DNA of 64,000 nt. It comes from Eledone cirrhosa (Eukaryota). The position numbers were made by a program, and so were the translations under genes. Every line of letters starts with the position of its first letter. The stretch's first letter is position 1. The notes under the pieces are model-generated. The model saw only the letters and a list, made by a program, of their open reading frames with translations. It did no database searches and was not told where the DNA came from. Below are positions 54,001 through 64,000 of this stretch, piece by piece. The stretch covers positions 52,948,001 to 53,012,000 of the forward strand of contig OZ024751.1 in NCBI GenBank assembly GCA_964016885.1. The letters run 5' to 3'.

Positions 54001-57000
54001 TCCTTACTCTGTCAACTAACATACACCAGTGATATAACTTCCACATCTAACCTCCTTACTCTGTCAAATAACATACACCAGTGATATAACTTCCACATCT
54101 GACCTCCTTACTCTGTCAACTAGCATACACCAGCGATATAACTTCCACATCTAACCATCTCCTTACTCTGTCAACTAACATACACCAGTGATATAACTTC
54201 CGCATCTAACCTTCTCCTTACTCTGTCAACTAACATACACCAGTGATATAACTTCCACATCTAACCTCCTTACTCTGTCAACTAACATACACCAGTGATA
54301 TAACTTCCACATCTGACCTCCTTACTCTGTCAGATAACATACACCAGTGATATAACTTCCACATCTAATCTCCTTACTCTGTCAACTAACATACACCAGT
54401 GATATAACTTCAACATCTAACCTTCTCCTTACTCTGTTAACTAACATACACCAGTGATATAACTTCCACATCTAACCTCCTTACTCTGTCAACTAACATA
54501 CACCAGTGATATAACTTCCACATCTGACCCCCTTACTCTGTCAACTAACATACACCAGCGATATAACTTCCACATCTAACCATCTCCTTACTCTGTCAAC
54601 TAACATACACCAGTGATATAACTTCCACATCTAACATTCTCCTTACTCTGTCAACTAACATACACCAGTGATATAACTTCCGCATCTAACCTCCTTACTC
54701 TGTCAACATACACCACTGATATAACTTTCACATCTAACCTTCTCCTTACTCTGTCAACTAACATACACCAGTGATATAACTTCCACATCTAACCTTCTCC
54801 TTACTCTGTCAACTAACATACACCATATATATAACTTCCACATCTAACCTCCTTACTCTGTCAACTAACATACACCAGTGATATAACTTCCACATCTAAC
54901 CTCCTTACTCTGTCAAATAACATACACCAGTGATATAATTTCTACATCTGACCTCCTTACTCTGTCAACTAACATACACCAGCGATATAACTTCCACATC
55001 TAACCATCTCCTTACTCTGTCAACTAACATACACCAGTGATATAACTTCCGCATCTAACCTTCTCCTTACTCTGTCAACTAACATACACCAGTGATATAA
55101 CTTCCACATCTAACCTCCTTACTCTGTCAACTAACATACACTAGTGATATAACTTCCACATCTGACCTCCTTACTCTGTCAAATAACATACAGCAGTGAT
55201 ATAACTTCCACATCTAATCTCCTTACTCTGTCAACTAACATACACCAGTGATATAACTTCAACATCTAACCTTCTCCTTACTCTGTTAACTAACATACAC
55301 CAGTGATATAACTTCCACATCTAACCTCCTTACTCTGTCAACTAACATACACCAGTGATATAACTTCCACATCTGACCCCCTTACTCTGTCAACTAACAT
55401 ACACCAGCGATATAACTTCCACATCTAACCATCTCCTTACTCTGTCAACTAACATACACCAGTGATATAACTTCCACATCTAACCTTCTCCTTACTCTGT
55501 CAACTAACATACACCAGTGATATAACTTCCACATCTAACCTTCTCCTTACTCTGTCAACTAACATACACCACTGATATAACTTCCACATCTAACCTTCTC
55601 CTTACTCTGTCAACTAACATACACCAGTGATATAACTTCCACATCTAACCTTCTCCTTACTCTGTCAACTAACATACACCACTGATATAACTTCCACATC
55701 TAACCTTCTCCTCACTCTGTTAACTAACATACAACAGTGATATAACTTCCACATCTAACCTTCTCCTTACTCTGTCAACTAACATACACCAGTGATGTAA
55801 CTGCCACATTTAACCTTCCTACTCTGTCAACTAACATACACCAGTGATATAACTTCCACATCTAACCTTCTCCTTACTCGGTCAACTAACATACACCGTG
55901 ATATAACTTCCACATCTAACCTTCTCCTTACTCTGTCAACTAACATACACCAGTGATATAAATTCCACATCTAACCTTCTCCTTACTCTGTCAACTAACA
56001 TACACCAGTGATATAACTTCCACATCTAACCTCCTTACTCTGTCAACTAACATACACCAGTGATATAACTTCCACATCTGACCTCCTTACTCTGTCAACT
56101 AACATACACCAGCGAGATAACTTCCACATCTAACCATCTCCTTAAGCTGTCAACTAACATACACCAGTGATATAACTTCCACATCTAACCTCCTTACTCT
56201 GTCAACTAACATACACCAGTGATATAACTTCCACAGCTAACCTTCTCCTTACTCTGTTAACTAACATACACCAGTGATATAACTTCCACATCTAACCTAC
56301 TTACTCTGTCATCTAACATACACCAGTGATGTAACTGCCACATTTAACCTTCTTACTCTGTCACCTAACATACACCAGTGATATAACTTCCACATCTAAC
56401 CTTCTCCTTACTCTGTCAACTAACATACACCAGTGATATAACTTCCACATCTAACCTTCTCCTTACTCTGTCAACTAACATACACCAGATATATAACTTC
56501 CACATCTAACCTCCTTACTCTGTCAACTAACATACACCAGTGATATAACTTCCGCATCTAACCTTCTCCTTACTCTGTCAACTAACATACACCACTGATA
56601 TAACTTCCACATCTAACCTTCTCCTTACTCTGTCAACTAACATACACCAGTGATATAACTTCCACATCTAACCTTCTCCTTACTCTGTCAACTAACATGC
56701 ACCAGTGATATAACTTACACATCTAACCTTCTTACTCTGTCAATTAACATACACCAGTGATATAATTTCCACATCTAACCTTCTTACAATGTCAACTAAC
56801 ATACACCAATGATATAACTTCTACATCTACCCTTCTCCTTACTCTGTCAACTAACATACACCAGTGATATAACTTCCACATCTAACTATCTCCTTACTCT
56901 GTCAACTAATATACACCAGTAATATAACTTCAGCATCTAACCTTCTCCTTACTCTGTCAACTAACATACACCAGTGATATAACTTCCACATCTAACCTCC

Positions 57001-60000
57001 TTACTCTGTCAAATAACATACACCAGTGATATAACTTCCACATCTGACCTCCTTACTCTGTCAACTAGCATACACCAGCGATATAACTTCCACATCTAAC
57101 CATCTCCTTACTCTGTCAACTAACATACACCAGTGATATAACTTCCGCATCTAACCTTCTCCTTACTCTGTCAACTAACATACACCAGTGATATAACTTC
57201 CACATCTAACCTCCTTACTCTGTCAACTAACATACACCAGTGATATAACTTCCACATCTGACCTCCTTACTCTGTCAGATAACATACACCAGTGATATAA
57301 CTTCCACATCTAATCTCCTTACTCTGTCAACTAACATACACCAGTGATATAACTTCAACATCTAACCTTCTCCTTACTCTGTTAACTAACATACACCAGT
57401 GATATAACTTCCACATCTAACCTCCTTACTCTGTCAACTAACATACACCAGTGATATAACTTCCACATCTGACCCCCTTACTCTGTCAACTAACATACAC
57501 CAGCGATATAACTTCCACATCTAACCATCTCCTTACTCTGTCAACTAACATACACCAGTGATATAACTTCCACATCTAACATTCTCCTTACTCTGTCAAC
57601 TAACATACACCAGTGATATAACTTCCGCATCTAACCTCCTTACTCTGTCAACATACACCACTGATATAACTTTCACATCTAACCTTCTCCTTACTCTGTC
57701 AACTAACATACACCACTGATATAACTTCCACATCTAACCTTCTGCTTACTCTGTCAACTAACATACACCAGTGATATAACTTCCACATCTAACCTTCTCC
57801 TTACTCTGTCAACTAACATACACCACTGATATAACTTCCACATCTAACCTTCTCACTCTGTTAACTAACATACAACAGTGATATAACTTCCACATCTAAC
57901 CTTCTTACTCTGTCAACTAATATACACCAGTGATATAACTTCCACATCTTACCTTCTCCTTACTCTGTCAACTAACATACACCAGTGATATAAATTCCAC
58001 ATCTAACCTTCTCCTTACTCTGTCAACTAACATACACCGGTGATATAACTTCCACATCTAACCTTCTCCTTACTCGGTCAACTAACATACACCAGTGATA
58101 TAACTTCCACATCTAACCTTCTCCTTACTCTGTCAACTAACATACACCAGTGATATAAATTCCACATCTAACCTTCTCCTTACTCTGTCAACTAACATAC
58201 ACCAGTGATATAACTTCCACATCTAACCTTCTTACTCTGTCAACTAACATACACCAGTGATATAACTTCCACATCTGACCTCCTTAGTCTGTCAACTAAC
58301 ATACACCAGCGATATAACTTCCACATCTAACCATCTCCTTACGCTGTCAACTAACATACACCAGTGATATAACTTCCACATCTAACCTCCTTACTCTGTC
58401 AACTAACATACACCAGTGATATAACTTCCACAGCTAACATTCTCCTTACTCTTTAACTAACATACACCAGTGATATAACTTCCACATCTAACCTCCTTAC
58501 TCTGTCATCTAACATACATCAGTGATGTAACTGCCACATTTAACCTTCTTACTCTGTCAAGTAACATACACCACTGATATAACTGCCACATTTAACCTTC
58601 CTACTCTGTCAACTAACATACACCAGTGATATAACTTCCACATCTGACCTCCTTACTCTGTCAACTAACATACACCAGCGAGATAAATTCCACATCTAAC
58701 CATCTCCTTAAGCTGTCAACTAACATACACCAGTGATATAACTTCCACATCTAACCTCCTTACTCTGTCAACTAACATACACCAGTGATGTAACTGCCAC
58801 ATTTAACCTTCTTACTCTGTCAAGTAACATACACCACTGATATAACTGCCACATTTAACCTTCCTACTCTGTCAACTAACATACACCAGTGATATAACTT
58901 CCACATCTGACCTCCTTACTCTGTCAACTAACATACACCAGCGAGATAAATTCCACATCTAACCATCTCCTTAAGCTGTCAACTAACATACACCAGTGAT
59001 ATAACTTCCACATCTGACCTCCTTACTCTGTCAACTAACATACACCAGCGAGATAAATTCCACATCTAACCATCTCCTTAAGCTGTCACCTAACATACAC
59101 CAGTGATATAACTTCCACATCTAACCTTCTCCTTACTCTGTCAACTAACATACACCAGTGATATAACTTCCACATCTAACCTTCTCCTTACTCTGTCAAC
59201 TAACATACACGAGATATATAACTTCCACATCTAACCTCCTTACTCTGTCAACTAACATACACCAGTGATATAACTTCCGCATCTAACCTTCTCCTTACTC
59301 TGTCAACTAACATACACCAGTGATATAACTTCCACATCTAACCTCCTTACTCTGTCAACTAACATACACCACTGATATAACTTCCACATCTAACCTTCTC
59401 CTTACTCTGTCAACTAACATGCACCCGTGATATAACTTCCACATCTAACCTTCTTACTGTGTCAATTAACATACACCAGTAATATAATTTCCACATCTAA
59501 CCTTCTTACTCTGTCAACTAACATACACCAGCGATATAACTTCCACATCTAACCATCTCCTCACGCTGTCAACTAACATACACCAGTGATATAACTTCCA
59601 CATCTAACCTCCTTACTCTATCAACTAACATACACCAGTGATATAACTTCCAAAGCTAACATTCTCCTTACTCTGTTAACTAACATACACCAGTGATATA
59701 ACTTCCACATCTAACCTCCTTACTCTGTCATGTAACATACATCAGTGATGTAACTGCCACATTTAACCTTCTTACTCTGTCAAGTAACATACACCACTGA
59801 TATAACTTCCACATCTAACCTTCTCCTTACTCTGTCAACTAACATACACCAGTGATATAAATTCCACATCTAACCTTCTCCTTACTCTGTCAACTAACAT
59901 ACACCAGTGATATAACTTCCACATCTAACCTTCTCCTTACTCGGTCAACTAACATACACCAGTGATATAACTTCCACATCTAACCTTCTCCTTACTCTGT

Positions 60001-63000
60001 CAACTATCATACACCAGTGATATAAATTCCACATCTAACCTTCTCCTTACTCTGTCAACTAACATACATCAGTGATATAACTTCCACATCTAATCTTCTC
60101 CTTACTCTGTCAACTAACATACAACAGTGATATAAATTCCACATCTAACCTTCTCCTTACTCTGTCAACTAACATACACCAGTGATATAACTTCCACATC
60201 TAACCTTCTCCTTACTCGGTCAACTAACATACACCAGTGATATAACTTCCACATCTAACCTTCTCCTTACTCTGTCAACTAACATACACCAGTGATATAA
60301 ATTCCACATCTAACCTTCTCCTTACTCTGTCAACTAACATACACCAGCGATATAACTTCCACATCTAACCTTCTTACTCTGTCAACTAACATACACCAGT
60401 GATATAACTTCCACATCTGACCTCCTTACTCTGTCAATTAACATACACCAGCGATATAACTTCCACATCTAACCATCTCCTTACGCTGTCAACTAACATA
60501 CACCAGTGATATAACTTCCACATCTAACCTCCTTACTCTGTCAACTAACATACACCAGTGATATAACTTCCACAGCTAACATTCTCCTTACTCTGTTAAC
60601 TAACATACACCAGTGATATAACTTCCACATCTAACCTCCTTACTCTGTTATCTAACATACATCAGTGATGTAACTGCCACATTTAACCTTCTTACTCTGT
60701 CAAGTAACATACACCACTGATATAACTTCCACATCTAACCTACTCCTTACTCTGTCAACTAACATACACCAGTGATATAACTTCCACATCTAACCATCTC
60801 CTTACTCTGTCAACTAACATACACCAGTGATATAACTTCCATATCTAACCTCCTTACTCTGTCAACTAACATACACCAGTGATATAACTTCCACATCTAA
60901 CCTCCTTACTCTGTCAACTAACATACACCAGGGATATAACTTCCACATCTAACCTCCTTACTCTGTCAACTAAGATACACCAGTGATGTAACTGCCACAT
61001 TTAACCTTCTTACTCTGTCAACTAACATACACCAATGATATAACTTCCACATCTAACCTTTTCCTTACTCTGTCAACTAACATACACCAGTGATATAACT
61101 TCCACATCTAACCTTCTCCTTACTCTGTCAACTAACATACACCAGTGATATAACTTCCACATCTAACCTTCTCATTACTCTGTTAACTAACATACACCAG
61201 TGATATAACTTCCACATCTAACCTTCTCCTTACTCTGTCAACTAACATACACCAGTGATATAACTTCCACATCTAACCTTCTCCTTACTCTGTCAACTAA
61301 CATACACCAGTGATATACCTTCCACATCTAACCTCCTTACCCTGTCAACTAACATACACCAGTGATGTAACTGCCACATTTAACCTTCTTACTCTGTCAA
61401 CTAACATACACCAATGATATACCTTCCACATCTAACCTTCTCATTACTCTGTTAACTAACATACACCAGTGATATAACTTCCACATCTAACCTCCTTACC
61501 CTGTCAACTAACATACACCAGTGATATAACTTCCACATCTAACCTTCTCCTCTACTCTGTCAACTAACATACACCAGTGATATAACTTCCACATCTAACC
61601 TCCTTACTCTGTCAACTAACATACACCAGTGATGTAACTTCCACATCTAACCTTCTCCTTACTCTGTTAACTAACATACACCGGTGATATAACTTCCACA
61701 TCTAACCTCCTTACTCTGTCAACTAAGATACACCAGTGATATAACTTCCACATCTAACCTTCTCACTACTCTGTCAATTAACATACACCAGTGATATAAC
61801 TTCCATATCTAACCTTCTCCTTACTCTGTTAACTAACATACACCAGTGATATAACTTCCACATCTAACCTCCTTACTCTGTCAACTAAGATACACCAGTG
61901 ATATAACTGCCACATTTAACCTTCTCCTTACTCTGTTAACTAACATACACCAGTGATATAACTTCCACATCTAACCTCCTTACTCTGTCAACTAACATAC
62001 ACCAGTAATATAACTTCCACATCTAACCTTCTGCTTACTCTGTTAACTAACATACACCAGTGATATAACTTCCACATCTAACCTTCTTACTCTGTCAACT
62101 AATATACACCAGTGATGTAACTGCCACATTTAACCTTCTTACTCTGTCAACTAACATACACCAATGATATAACTTCCACATCTAACCTTCTCCTTACTCT
62201 GTCAACTAACATACACCAGTGATATAACTTCCATATCTAACCTTCTCCTTACTCTTCAACTAACATACACCAGTGATATAACTTCCACATCTAACCTTCT
62301 CCTTACTCTGTTAACTAACATACACCAGTGATATAACTTCCACATCTAACCTCCTTACTCTGTCAACTAAGATACACCAGTGATATAACTGCCACATTTA
62401 ACCTTCTCCTTACTCTGTTAACTAACATACACCAGTGATATAACTTCCACATCTAACCTCCTTACTCTGTCAACTAACATACACCAGTAATATAACTTCC
62501 ACATCTAACCTTCTGCTTACTCTGTTAACTAACATACACCAGTGATATAACTTCCACATCTAACCTCCTTACTCTGTCAACTAAGATACACCAGTGATGT
62601 AACTGCCACATTTAACCTTCTTACTCTGTCAACTAACATACACCAATGATATAAGTTCCACATCTAACCTTTTCCTTACTCTGTCAACTAACATACACCA
62701 GTGATATAACTTCCACATCTAACCTTCTCACTACTCTGTCAATTAACGTACACCAGTGATATAACTTCCACATTTAACCTTCTTACTCTGTCAACTAACA
62801 TACACCAGTGATATAACTTCCACGTCTAACCTTCTTACTCTGTCAACTAACATACACCAATGTTATAACTTCCACATCTAACCTCCTTACTCTGTCAACT
62901 AACATACACCAGTGATATAACTTCCACATCTAACTTCCTTACTCTGTCAACTAACATACACCAGTGATGTAACTGCCACATCTAACCTTCTCCTTACTCT

Positions 63001-64000
63001 GTCACCTAACATACACCAGTGATATAACTTCCACATCTAACCTTCTCCTTACTCTGTCAACTAACATACACCAGTGATATAAATTCCACATCTAACCTTC
63101 TCCTTACTCTGTCAACTAACATACACCAGTGATATAACTTCCACATCTAACCTTCTCCTTACTCGGTCAACTAACATACACCAGTGATATAACTTCCACA
63201 TCTAACCTTCTCCTTACTCTGTCAACTAACATACACCAGTGATATAAATTCCACATCTAACCTTCTCCTTACTCTGTCAACTAACATACACCAGTGATAT
63301 AACTTCCACATCTAACCTTCTTACTCTGTCAACTAACATACACCAGTGATATAACTTCCACATCTGACCTCCTTACTCTGTCAACTAACATACACCAGCG
63401 ATATAACTTCCACATCTAACCATCTCCTTACGCTGTCAACTAACATACACCAGTGATATAACTTCCACATCTAACCTCCTTACTCTGTCAACTAACATAC
63501 ACCAGTGATATAACTTCCACAGCTAACATTCTCCTTACTCTGTTAACTAACATACACCAGTGATATAACTTCCACATCTAACCTCCTTACTCTGTCATCT
63601 AACATACATCAGTGATGTAACTGCCACATTTAACCTTCTTACTCTGTCAAGTAACATACACCACTGATATAACTTCCACATCTAAACTTCTCCTTACTCT
63701 GTCAACTAACATACACCAGTGATATAACTTCCACATCTAACCATCTCCTTACTCTGTCAACTAACATACACCAGTGATATAACTTCCACATCTAACCTTC
63801 TCCTTACTCTGTCAACTAACATACACCAGTGATATAACTTCCACATCTAACCTTCTCCTTACTCTGTCAACTAACATACACCAGTGATATAACTTCCACG
63901 TCTAACCATCTCCTTACTCTGTCAACTAACATACACCAGTGATATAACTTCCACATCTAACCTTCTCCTTACTCTGTCAACTAACATACACCAGTGATAT
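33013..64000. repeat. 52/55-bp satellite (CTGTCAACTAACATACACCAGTGATATAACTTCCACATCTAACC[TTC]TCCTTACT)n, ~575 copies in window, with higher-order structure
   Basis: Unit read directly; the 52- and 55-bp variants differ by a 3-nt indel. No ORFs in the track. It runs off the window end. Confidence 0.98.

Noticed and set aside
33013-64000. CRISPR-like regularity
   Set aside because: Units are near-identical head-to-tail with no unique spacers, there are no cas genes, and the context is eukaryotic.
33013-64000. Telomeric/subtelomeric repeat (CTAACC resembles CCCTAA/CCTAA)
   Set aside because: Only one short match per 55-bp unit and no tandem telomeric hexamers.

Overview
AT-rich animal genomic DNA, most likely a coleoid cephalopod (Octopus-like; inferred from the SINE, MITE, RTE and (TA)n content, not proven). 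About 47 of the 64 kb is three unrelated tandem arrays: a 27-bp (AAC-derived) array at 1-~10040, a 45-bp array at ~10136-16885, and a 52/55-bp array from 33013 to beyond the window end. Each shows kb-scale higher-order duplications. Between them lies ~16 kb of mostly intronic sequence. It carries two clear + strand exons (20064-20401, 24424-25054) and one probable small exon (32391-32449). These splice in frame and encode a YxxPWD-repeat protein resembling SHB/SHD/SHE/SHF adaptors; no SH2 domain is visible in the window. The introns hold a young, 5'-truncated antisense RTE-type LINE whose RT carries an inserted C4HC3 (PHD-type) finger, short RTE fragments, tRNA-derived SINEs, TTAA-flanked piggyBac-type MITEs and microsatellites. 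The most interesting signals are: (1) the 55-bp satellite reads on the gene's sense strand as ~575 bipartite Quaking/STAR-type elements, and the 45-bp satellite as ~150 decoy 3' splice sites; (2) the PHD finger inside the RT; (3) two RTE fragments sharing an identical 5' breakpoint; (4) a perfect 23-bp hairpin. Nearly all long ORFs in the provided track are artefacts of the repeats. No prokaryotic genes or CRISPR array were found.
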